DNA of 62,741 nt from Cyanophora paradoxa CCMP329 (GCA_004431415.1 QPMI01000663.1:1-62741), one strand, 5' to 3'. Shown: positions 49,588-59,469, counted from the first letter of the stretch. Numbers and translations: made by a program. The notes: generated by a model from the sequence alone, not told the origin.

Positions 49588-50560
49588 CTGCCGCCGTCGC
49601 CTCATAGAGCCGCGATCGGCCGAGCTCTGTGCAGGGGGGGCAAGGGGGGGGGGGGGGGGGGGGGGAGCGGAGCGGACGGGGGTACGGATCAGGAAGCGTC
49701 CGGCATCGCCCTACCCTCGGCGGCAGCACCCCCTGCGCAGAGCTCGGCCGATTCCGGGGCGAGAGAGAGGGCGAGAATAGACAGAGGGGTACGCACCTCT
49801 GCCGCCGCCGCTCATAGAGCCGCGATCGGCCGAGCTCTGTGCAGGGGGAGGAAGAGAGGGAGGGGCGGAGCGGGCGGGGGTACGCATCAGGAAGCGTCCG
49901 GCATCGCGCAGCCCTTGGCGGCAGCGGCCCCTTGCGCAGAGCTCGGCCGATTACGGGACGAGGGTGCGAGAAAATAAGCAGAGGGGGTAATCACCTCTGC
50001 CGCCGCCGCTCATCGAGCCGCGATCGGCCGAGCTCTGTGCAGGGGGGGCAAGGGGGAGAGGGGCGGAGCGGGCGGGGGTACGCATCAGGAAGCGTCCGGC
50101 ATCGCGCAGCCCTTGGCGGCAGCGGCCCCCTGCGCAGAGCTCGGCCGATTACGGGGCGAGGGTGCGAGAAAATAAGCAGAGGGGGTACTCACCTCTGCCG
50201 CCGCCGCTCATCGAGCCGCGATCGGCCGAGCTCTGTGCAGGGGGGGCAAGGGGGAGAGGGGCGGAGCGGGCGGGGGTACGCATCAGGAAGCGTCCGGCAT
50301 CGCGCAGCCCTTGGCGGCAGCGGCCCCCTGCGCAGAGCTCGGCCGATTACGGGGCGAGGGTGCGAGAAAATAAGCAGAGGGGGTACTCACCTCTGCCGCC
50401 GCCGCTCATCGAGCCGCGATCGGCCGAGCTCTGTGCAGGGGGGGCAAGGGGGAGAGGGGCGGAGCGGGCGGGGTACGGACCAAGGTGAGCGTCCGGTATC
50501 GCGCCCTACCCTCGGCGGCAGCGGCCCCCTGCGCAGCGCTCGGCCGATTACGGGACGAGG
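49588..50560. repeat. Motif cluster 4: 5 tandem ~198-bp units, each with two inverted copies of the motif
   Basis: gagccgcgatcggccgagctctgtgcagggg at 49607, 49817, 50015, 50213 and 50411, each followed by cccctgcgcagagctcggccgatt. Confidence 0.96.
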
Positions 50561-50891
50561 GTGCGAGCGCGGGCAGACAGAGGGGTACGTAAGGTTTCGC
50601 TACGGCGGAAACGACAGATCCGGCAAAGGTCGAGCTCGGATCGGGCGGCCGTGCACGGGCATCTCACACGCACCCGGCAAGTCGATCCGCGCGCCGACGC
50701 CGCCCGCCACCGGGAAGCCCGCACCGTACCCCCCAAGCGCCACAGAAAGGACCGATTCGCGCGACTCGGTCCCGACAAACGCATAAAGGACCTCGCCCGC
50801 CGCCGTCGCGGTACTGCGGGCCGCCCCACCGCGCCCCTGATACGCAGCACATCGACAGCGCGCGCACCGACTCGCTGAGCGGGGGTGGAAC

Positions 50892-51566
50892 ATGTGCCGC
50901 GAGGGCCAGCTGGTCACGACGCGCGACGGGGACGTGGTGTGCGATGCCTGCGGCGCGGCCGAGGCGGTCGTCGGGACCCTGGGGGGCAGCGAGAAGCCGG
51001 GGGCCGACGAGAGCCCGCCCGCGTCGCCCCGCGAGCCCTCGCGGTCCGAGGTCCGCATGGGGCGGCTCCTGGAGGGCGCAGCGTCGGCGCTGGGCCTCGC
51101 CGAGGCGGCGGTCCACGAGGCGCGGCTGCTGCTGGCGGACCGCGGGCTGCTGAGGGGCAGGAAGAGCGAGATTATCGTCGCCGGCGCGCTCTACTACGCG
51201 GCGGCCTCGGCCGGCGCCCCGCGCACCGTCGACGACGCGCTCGGCTGGCACCCCGACCTGCGCACACGCCGCGCGGCGCTCGTCAGGATGGTCCGCGCGA
51301 TCCACCGCCGCCGCGGCGTCGGGCGCATCCCCCGCGCGCCCGACTACGTCGACGCGCTCGCCCAGCGCGTGGGGCTGGACGGGGCGGACCTGCGGGCGGC
51401 GCGGGAGTACGCGGAGCGGCACCGAGACTCGGGAAGGAGCCCGATCGTTGTCGCCGCGGCGGCGTTGGTGGAGGCGGGCGGCGCTTCGACGCGCGAGGCC
51501 GCGCGCGCGGCCGGCATTACGACCGTTGGCATCCAGGTCTGCATCAAGGCGTTCGCCGCCGCCTAG
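50892..51566 (+). CDS. TFIIB-like transcription initiation factor (Zn ribbon + cyclin folds), intronless
   Basis: C..GQLVTTRDGDVVCDACG Zn ribbon; ASALGL...HEA..L...LLRGRKSEIIVAGALYYA...PRTVDD cyclin repeat; second repeat GRSPIVVAAAAL. Confidence 0.82.
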   Translation: MCREGQLVTTRDGDVVCDACGAAEAVVGTLGGSEKPGADESPPASPREPSRSEVRMGRLLEGAASALGLAEAAVHEARLLLADRGLLRGRKSEIIVAGALYYAAASAGAPRTVDDALGWHPDLRTRRAALVRMVRAIHRRRGVGRIPRAPDYVDALAQRVGLDGADLRAAREYAERHRDSGRSPIVVAAAALVEAGGASTREAARAAGITTVGIQVCIKAFAAA

Positions 51567-52388
51567 AGGAGAGCAGAGCGTCATCGCGTGTCGCATGTTG
51601 CTGTTTTGCGAATACTATGCGAAACTAAATGCCATTTGCGCGTGCGGGAATGGGGCGGGCGGTGCACCGCCGGATCGAGTTGCGGTCGGGTGGCTCGGCG
51701 GCTCGCGGCGGCCCAAGGCGCCTGCGCGCGGCTTAACGCGACTCTAGAGTCCTATACACAGCACCGAGACCTATCTATGGCGTCGCTGCCGCTCCAGGCC
51801 GCCGCCGTGACGCCGCGGTCAACCTGCGCCGCGCACGCAGCATGCGGGCCGCCGGGCCCGTGGCCGGGAGCCGGAATCTCGCAGTCGCGCAACTAGCAAA
51901 AGCCCCGAGAAGAATCTCGCCGCCCGCGCCGCTCGAAGCGATCGGGTACTGGTACCGAGCCGCCCCCTACCTCGGACTTGGGCGAATCCGAGTCGCCGAG
52001 TCCAAAGTCCAACTTTTGCGGCGGCGGCGGGCGCGCCTAGACTCATCTTTGCCGGCATATAAGACCTCTATCAAGTTCATTTAGCTGGGGCAAGCCGCCC
52101 GCGGGGCCCGCGAAGGTACTCGTCCGAACCGAACGATCATCGCGCGGCACGGGGAAAATCACGGGTTCGAATGCGCCCGTCTCCTCTTTTCGGGAAAGCT
52201 TACACGTCGCGCTCGCCTAGCCCTAGTTTTCTGCCGGCGCTGGCGCTAGAGGCCGCAGCCGCAGTCGCCGCGCATCCGCGAGCTCGCACCCCGCGCGCGT
52301 GGCGACGAGCTTCCCGGCCCGCGGCTCGACGAGCTCTCCGCGGGCTCTCCCGGCTCGTGTAGCGCCTCTGTCGATCGTAGAGAGCCGA

Positions 52389-53003
52389 CTAAGCCGCGTC
52401 CGAGGACGGGCTCTCGCCTCCCGCATCGGCGCCCTCGGGGTTGACGTGGACGGCGATCTGCGTGCCGCCGCCGGCGCTCCACTCGGCGGCGAGCTTCTTC
52501 ATGGCTTCGACGCGCTTCGATGCGGATCCGGTGCGCCCCTTGAGCGCCTGCTCGTAACCCTGGGCCAGGCTGCGGTTGGGAAACGGCGCAGCGACGGCGA
52601 GGAGCCGCCAGGGCCCGCGGCTCTTGGTGAACGAGCCGCGGATGGTGCCGCGCGAGTGCTCCTTGAACCGCCGCGCGAGGCTCGCCGTCTCGCCGCAGTA
52701 GAACATCCGGCCGTTGTGCAGCAGGTACACGACGTGCTGCTTCTCAAACTGGTGGTGGAACGGGCGGGCCTTGCCGCCGCCGCCACCGCCGCCGCCGCCG
52801 CCTCCTCCCGCTGCGGCCTTTGCGCCGACGCCGACGCCGCCGTCGCCCCGCTCCCCGTCGGCGCTCCCCTTGTCCGCGTCGGAATTCGAATCCTCGTTCG
52901 TCTCGCCGCCCCCGTCCCGCCGCTCCTGCCGCCCCTCGTCCCCGCCAACGGCGTGCGCAGGCGCCGGTGCGGCCGCGGCCAGCGACGTCGGCTCCGCCTC
53001 CAT
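52389..53003 (-). CDS. GIY-YIG nuclease, SLX1-like
   Basis: HVVYLLHNGRMFYCGETASLARRFKEHSRG..GSFTKSRGPWRLLAVAAPFPNRSLAQGYEQALK. Confidence 0.85.
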   Translation of the reverse strand: MEAEPTSLAAAAPAPAHAVGGDEGRQERRDGGGETNEDSNSDADKGSADGERGDGGVGVGAKAAAGGGGGGGGGGGGKARPFHHQFEKQHVVYLLHNGRMFYCGETASLARRFKEHSRGTIRGSFTKSRGPWRLLAVAAPFPNRSLAQGYEQALKGRTGSASKRVEAMKKLAAEWSAGGGTQIAVHVNPEGADAGGESPSSDAA

Positions 53004-53097
53004 GCTCCCGAAGAAAGACGCTCGCTCTGCTGGTTCGCGGTGCTGGCAGGTGCGCCCTGCCCCTACACTCCCCGGGGCGGGCCCGGCACGCATCGCT

Positions 53098-56000
53098 TTA
53101 TGCGTTCAGCAGATGCCCTGCCGGTACAGGAGCCTGCGGCGGCGGCGGGGGAGGCGGCGGCGGGGCGGGGCTGGGCTTGAACCGCTTCGGCGGCCCCCCG
53201 CTCGGGGGCTCGACGCGGGCGACGGGGCGGAGGATGCCGGCGGGCGGGCGCGCCGTGGGCGGCGCCGGTGCGCAGAGCAGGGCCGGAGGGGGGCAGGGGT
53301 GCGGGGGTCGCGGCGTGTCGGGTCGTGCGCGCCCGTCCATCCCTCGCCGCTCCCCTGCCACGAGCCGTCGCCGACCCCGCTCCCATTTGCAGGATCGGAG
53401 CGCAGAGGGCCGGGGGGCGCCGCCCCTCAGCCAGGGGCCGCGCCTTGGGCGGCCTCCCGCGCCGCCTCGCGGGCGGGGCGCCCCGCCCGCCCCGCCCCCG
53501 CCGCGCGACGACGAGGAGGAAGAGGCCGGCGGCGGCGAGGGCGCCGGCCGCGCAAAGCCCAGGAGCTCCAGCACCGCTCGGCGCCGGTTCGGATCTCGAC
53601 GGTGCCGTTGCGGCCCTCGAACTCGACGGGGAAGAGGGCGCTCACGCCCGTCCACTCGCGAGGTCCGCCCTCCTGGCTCGCCGTCCACGCCCCGCCGAAC
53701 CGCTTCAGCAGGACGAAGCGGGACTCGAACTCGCCGCTCGGCAGGTCGATCGTCTGGACGAGGCGCGCGTACACCACGTTGGGCAGCGGGCTCGCCGCGT
53801 GCGTCGCCAGCGCCGCCACCACCTGCCCCGCCGCGTACGGCGAGGCCGACCGCCAGCGCAGGTGGTAGAGGGGCGGCGGCGGCCCCGCCGCGGGCACGGC
53901 GACGGGGGCGGGAACGGCGCCACCGCGGCCCGGCCCCAGGCCCCGCCGGCGGCTGAGGCCACGCCGGCGGCCGCCGCGGATGAGCCCGCGGGAGCAGTAG
54001 CTCGCGTGGTGCTTGGCCCCGGCCGCGTTCTTGAACGCCTCGCGGTGCGTCGGGGGCGGTAAAGGCGGGAGGGCGCGGGGCGCGGGGCGGGCGCGGTCTC
54101 ACCCGGTCGCAGGGCTCGCAGTAGCGCTGCTCGGCGATCGCCAGCGCCCGCTCGACGGCATAGTCGGCGTCCCAGGGCCGCCGAGGGCCCCCCGCGCTGC
54201 CGGTGCGGCGCCGCTTGGCCTCTTCCGCGCCGGCCGAGCCGCCCCCGTCCTCCTCGTGCTCTTCCTCTTCCTCCTCCTCCTCCTCTTCCTCTTCGCCCAA
54301 GTCGAACGAGCTGGAGCTCCCGCACTTGCCCGCCGGCTCCGGGCTCGTCGACGGTGTCTGCGTCTGCGTCGCCGGCGCCGGCGCCGCCTCGCCCCCGTCC
54401 TCTTCCCCTTCCTCCTCCTCGCGCCCCTCGTTCTCCTCCCTCGCCGCCTTGTCGCCGCGGCGCCCGCCGCCCGTCTCCCGCCCCTTGTTCCGCCCACCCC
54501 CTCGGCGCGCCGCGCGGGGCGCCGCCGGGCGGGGTACGGGGTCGGCCGTCGGCCCCTCCAGGAGCGGCGGCTCGGGCCCGTCGGGGCTCTCCCGCGCGCG
54601 GCGCCTCTCCTCCCCGTGCTTCAGCGCCAGCTGCTCGAGGTACGCCACCGCCGAGGCCGCCGCGCGCGCGCGGGCCGAGTAGTCGTAATTCTGCGTCGCA
54701 GTGATGACGCTGTGCCCCAGCAGCTTGGCTGCGCGGGGAGGCGCGGTGACGGCGGGCGCAGCGGCGGGGCGCGGGAGCGGGCGCGGGCGCGGGAGCGGGG
54801 GTACGGCGCACCCGTCCCCTCGACGACGGCGGCGGCCGTGTCGCCGGAGATGCGATTCGCGGCGGCCTCGTCCCGCACGTGCGTCGTGATGATGGCGCGG
54901 ATGGCCTGCGCCGTCACCGGCACGCCCGTGTACTTTTCCGTCACCTGCGGTGCGTGAGCCTGTCCCCTTCAGCCCGCCCGCCCCCTCGCGCGCCTTTTTC
55001 ACAAAGTTGCTCCAGCCGGCGTCGGAGAGGAGCGTTCCCGTCGGGCCGGTGAAGAGCCAGCCCTCGTCGGCGGCGCCCGTCGTCGGCGGGAAGAGGAGGC
55101 GGCGGTAGCGCTCGACGTACAAGGTGAGCGGCTCCTGGACAAACCCGGGGATCGGAAAGGTCATCGCGCCGGCAGTCTTGGCCGTCTTGGACGAGAGGAC
55201 CGGCTCGGCGCCCCCGACATCGATTCTCATCTTTGTGAGCGCGATCGCCCACGCGCCCTGGTCCCGTCGGAGCGTGTGACCGATCCTGCGCAGGGCGCGC
55301 GGTGGCCATGGGGGCGGGGCGGGAGGGGTGGCGGAGGGGGGGGTACGGCACCTGAGGCGGCGGACGATGCCGACGCGCGAGGGCGTCGAGACGAGGAGGG
55401 AGAGGAGGAGCCCCTCGCGGAGGGCGAGGGCCTTGTCGTACTCGAGCGGCGCCCGCTCCGCCGCCTCCAGCGCGTCCAGCCGCGCCGAGAGGAGCGTCTC
55501 AAACGGCACCCAGTTCGGTCCGCGCTCGCGCCACTTGACCCCCTCGCGCTTCTCCTTTCTCAGCTGGGCGAGCAGGTTGCGGAGGCCGCGGGCATGGGGC
55601 CCCTCGGAGCCCGACGCCGCGCCCGACGTGCGCGCGTGGACAAAGGCGTGGGCCTGGAGCGCCGCCTGCGTGTACCCCGCCAAGGTGGCGGCCTGCACCT
55701 TGCGCTCCCCGCGGAGAAACGTGAGGAACCGCATCCACAGGTCGATGAAATCGACGCGGGCGCCGGAGAAGAGGTCGAGCGTCGGGGCGCCGTCGATCTT
55801 CTCGCGGAGGGCGCAGTACCCCAGGAAGCGCAGCAACGTCGTCCGCTCGTTGGCCAGCGTCGAGGAGCGCTCGACGGCGGCGCCGGGGCGGTCGGGGTTG
55901 AGGGCGCGGGTGCGCCACTCTTCGTACGCGGCGAGCTGCGCCTTGAGCTCCCGCGACTGATCCTCCTCGCGCAGGCCGTACGGGGCGGCGCGCTCGGCCG

Positions 56001-56197
56001 ACGGCTCCTCGGCGGCCTCGGCGTCGGAGCCCGCGTCGCCCGGCGCCGGCAGCGGCGGCGGCGGCGGCGAGCTAGAGGGGGAGGACGACGGGCCGGCGCC
56101 GGGATCGCTCCCCTCGCTCCCGGAGCTCGTCGAGCTCTCCCCAAGGTCGACGGCTCGAATCACCACGGCGGCGCCCGGCGGAGCCTGGCGGGACGCC

Positions 56198-56228
<31 letters not shown>

Positions 56229-57926
56229 GGGGCCGCTCCTCGGCGGGGAGGACCACGCGCTCGGGGTCCGGCAGGGCGTCGGCGTCAAAGAGCGTGATCG
56301 ACGGGTCGAGGATCATGCTCTCCAGCATCGACCGGTACGCCTGGCGCTTCTCCGCGATAAACTTGGCGTTGTCCTTGGCGACGGCGTCTGACATGGGGCC
56401 CCCCGGGCGGTAGAACATCAGCTCGCCGTGCGCCAGCTCGTCCGACCACGAGAAGCCCGTCGCCGCCTCCAGCGTCGCGCCCTCGGCGAACCAGAGGATC
56501 CCTGCCCAGGGCCCGTCAAGGGGGCGCTGCGGGGATGGGCGCCGAGGGAGAGGCGCGCACACGGCCCGCACTGGTACCCGTCCACCTGGAGCCGCCCGCC
56601 GCACGTCTCGTCCACGTACTGGTGCGCGGGAAACGCCGCCTTGGCCGCGTAGACGAGCGACGGGTCGCAGGGCTCGCCGAGCGAGTCCCAGTACCGCGTC
56701 TTCGCCCCGCCGAGCACGAGGAGGGTCCAGTGGCCGCCGCTCGCCGAGCGCTTCTCGGCCCCGCGGCGCACGAGGCTCGTCGAGACGGGGCAGATGACGG
56801 TGCCGCCCCTCGCCACGAGCGACAGCGCGCGCCGCTTACGGCGCTCCTCGCTCGCAGCCGCGTACCGGCGGAGGACCGAGGCGAGGATGTCGACGCTCAT
56901 CGGGTAGAGGGCCCGCACGCGGCCGTTGTTGGCCTTGCGCAGGATGAGGGTGAGCACGTTGGCGATGTGCGTGTCCGTGAGCCACTCGCGCGCGCCAAAG
57001 ATCGGGACGCGGCGCGCAGGCGGGACGGGCGCGGGAACGGCGGCGGCGGCGGCGACGGGGTCGGCGCCCTCGAGGACGAGCCGCTGGCGCTTGAAGTCGG
57101 CGAGGAGGCTCGCGTCGCGCCCCGGTAGGTCCTTTAGGAACATTTCCACGCCGAGCGCGCTGATGAAGCCCCAGGTGCGGGCAAAGCCGCGCGAGGCCTC
57201 GCCCTCGACCTCGGAGCCAAGGCCGGCGTACCGCGTCAGCGTCTGCGTGACGAGGCCGAAGCGCTCGCGGCCGATGCTCAGCGTCGTCACGTTCCAGCGG
57301 TGCGGCCCGTCCCGCGCGAGGTCCGGGAGGCGCTTCTCGATCTCTCGCCGCACGCAGTTTGTGTCGCGGGAGGAGCCGTAGAGGGCGTCGGCGAGCGAGG
57401 CCATCGGCACCCAGAGCTGCAGGTCCGGCACCTCGATCCGCTTGGCGCGCAGCGCGTACATGCGCTTGCCGCCGACGCGTATGACGTGCAGGTCGAGGCG
57501 CGCGAGGGTGCGGGGCCGGCGGCGCTCGTTGGCGGCGTAGAACGAGGCGGCGGCGGCGCGCTTGCGCTGCTCGTCCGTGACCTCCCAGGCCTCGGCGACC
57601 ACGTCCAGCACGTAGCGCATCGCCACCATCCGCGGCGGCGACTCGGGCGTGCACTCGCGCCGGCGGACGGCGCCAGGGCCTCGAGCAGCAGGATGGCGTT
57701 CTCGTCGGGCAGCGGCCGCGTCGGCACTCCGTAGCGCGCGGTGAGGAGGTCCTCGGCCTCGGCCTCGGGCCCGTCGGGGTCGGGGCGCGGCTCGCCGAGG
57801 ACGCGCGCCAGCTGGGCCGAGCACGCGGCGGGGCCCGCCGTCGTCGGAGGACGACGAGGCGCTCCGGCCCCAGGGCCCCGCGTACTCGACGAGCTCGTAG
57901 GCGTCGTGCACCGTCGGAAAGGACAT
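53098..57926 (-). CDS. Multi-exon fusion: N-terminal domain + Ulp1/C48 cysteine protease + tyrosine recombinase + C2H2-like finger
   Basis: Protease: EWLTDTHI, GHWTLLVL, YWDSL, QVDGYQCGP|WILWFAE (intron ~56502-56560 keeps the frame). YR: STPSRVG (R), SSKT (K), QAIR (HxxR variant), LLGHS (H), QNYDY (Y). Downstream CEPCDR..FKN..AKHHASYC. The 3' end is approximate. Confidence 0.82.
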
Positions 57927-58450
57927 TGCGGCGGCGCAACCGATCGCGGGCGGCCGCGTGGGACGGGCCGCGGGGCAGCGGTGTGGGCCCCGCCAACTCT
58001 TACCCCAAGGAGCAATGGGGCGCTTGGATTTATGTATCTGCCCTGCGCGATTGCGAGCTCGAAGTAGATAGGGGTACAGTTTTCGGTGCTCTCTGCAGTA
58101 AGGGTACAGGCACCGCCCTCTCGCCCTCCCCCCCCTCCCTTCTTTTTTGGGGGGGACGGTCGCAGTCGGTTCATCCCTGCACGCCACGATGAAACAGTGT
58201 CACAGTGCTCGAGATCTCGTACCTGTTTTGATTTCAAATTCCCACCTTGGTTTTCAGGTTTCCCTTCAAAAAAGCTTTGTGAAGCTTATAATTAAGCGAT
58301 CGCAGCTCTAAATGTCTATCTCGAGTCAAATACAGAAATAGAGCCCCACCGTGCTGCCATCTGTATCGTCAGGGAGATCTAGAGCTCGAGGCTATAGCTA
58401 TAGCTAGTGGTCTGACGAGATCTATAGAGCGAACATCAACATTGATATCG

Positions 58451-58873
58451 ATGAGGCTTCTGTGCTCAGACGGCGAGACGGTCGTGTGCCCGGGGGCCCT
58501 GGTCGCTGACAGCGAGCTCCTTGCCGACGTTTCCGAGTGCTCAGATGCTCACACAGACGCCATCCCCATGCCCATCACATCGACAGTCATCCTCGCGGCG
58601 GGCATCGCCCTCAACGACCGCTCGGCCTCCCGACCTTTCGCCTCGCTCCAAGTTCCGCACGGCGGGCCCGATTCGCGAGCGGCCCCCGCAATGGCCCTCA
58701 TCGCCCGCCTCGGTGTCGCCGCAGAGTTTCTTCGCGCTCCAAAGCTCGCACACGCGTGCGCAAAGCTCTTTGAGGGCGCGATTACGCACGAGAAGGCTCT
58801 CGGGGAACTCTGGGAGGATCATGTTCGATTCGCGACCGGCGCCGCCCGCAGCGGGTTCGGAAGCGCAAGATAG
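58451..58873 (+). CDS. Skp1/BTB-POZ-like protein
   Basis: MRLLCSDGETVVCPGALVADSELLADVSECSDAHTDAIPMPITSTVIL...LGVAAEFLRAPKLAHACAK resembles Skp1 (L.SSDG..F.V...A..S; IPLP; LI.AANYL.I..L...C). Confidence 0.7.
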   Translation: MRLLCSDGETVVCPGALVADSELLADVSECSDAHTDAIPMPITSTVILAAGIALNDRSASRPFASLQVPHGGPDSRAAPAMALIARLGVAAEFLRAPKLAHACAKLFEGAITHEKALGELWEDHVRFATGAARSGFGSAR

Positions 58874-59040
58874 AGGAGACGGTCCCCTGTAAGAATCAGA
58901 GCGATTGATCAAAGCCATTACAACCGCTCAGAGGCCTTTGCACGGCAGTGGGTACCGCCGGTTCCATGGGCGATGCGAGGGCGCGTCCGGGGGGAGGGGA
59001 CGGGCCCCGGGCCCCCTAGGGTTATTTTTAGAATCGATCC

Positions 59041-59345
59041 GGGTTCCGCACCAAAATTGTTTTTGATGTCTACGAGCCCTCCCAATTGCTTGCGATGCGT
59101 TGGTGCGGGGCCCTCATTTTATTTTTCCGGTTTTTTTGCAGGGTTGGGATCTGTATTGGACCTTTTGCTTTTTTGTTTTGGAAATTTAGAGGGCCGACCG
59201 GCACCGCACCTCTTTTGCATCCGAGTGTTTCGTGCATGCACTAACTGCATTTGCGTGTTGGTGCGGCGCGAACCCAAATTATCGAGGTTGCCGCCCCCAG
59301 CCATTTCCATACATGGCCAAGTTTGGATTTTTTATGTTGGCGCGG
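59041..59345. promoter_or_regulatory. Putative recombination junction (attP-like) with symmetric TTGGTGCGG boxes centred on 59156
   Basis: ccgcaccaa 59046-54 / ttggtgcgg 59258-66 and ttggtgcgg 59100-08 / ccgcacc 59204-10 are both symmetric about 59156. An extra ttggcgcgg lies at 59337. The repeat boundary is at 59161. Confidence 0.65.
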
Positions 59346-59469
59346 CAAGCTCGCTCATGATGCAGCATTCAGAGGGGTATGCCCCCGTATGTACACTCGC
59401 GCGGCGGGCTCTGCTCCTGCTCCCGTCGCGCTGGGGGCGGGCAGGTCGCCGCCGGCGTCCGGCACGCCC

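Larger units (their letters stand above)
11285..59160. mobile_element. ~47.9-kb integrative element (tyrosine recombinase, primase-helicase, chromatin and ubiquitin genes), followed head-to-tail by a second copy
   Basis: Sequence from 11285 recurs from 59161 (offset 47876). The YR gene lies near the junction, the junction has symmetric motif pairs, and the gene content is virus/plasmid-like. Confidence 0.8.

Noticed and set aside
11285-59160. Polinton/PLV/virophage or typical endogenous NCLDV
   Set aside because: No pPolB, rve integrase, jelly-roll capsid, A32/FtsK packaging ATPase, RNAP or long TIRs were recognised. A divergent capsid among the orphans cannot be fully excluded without structure searches.
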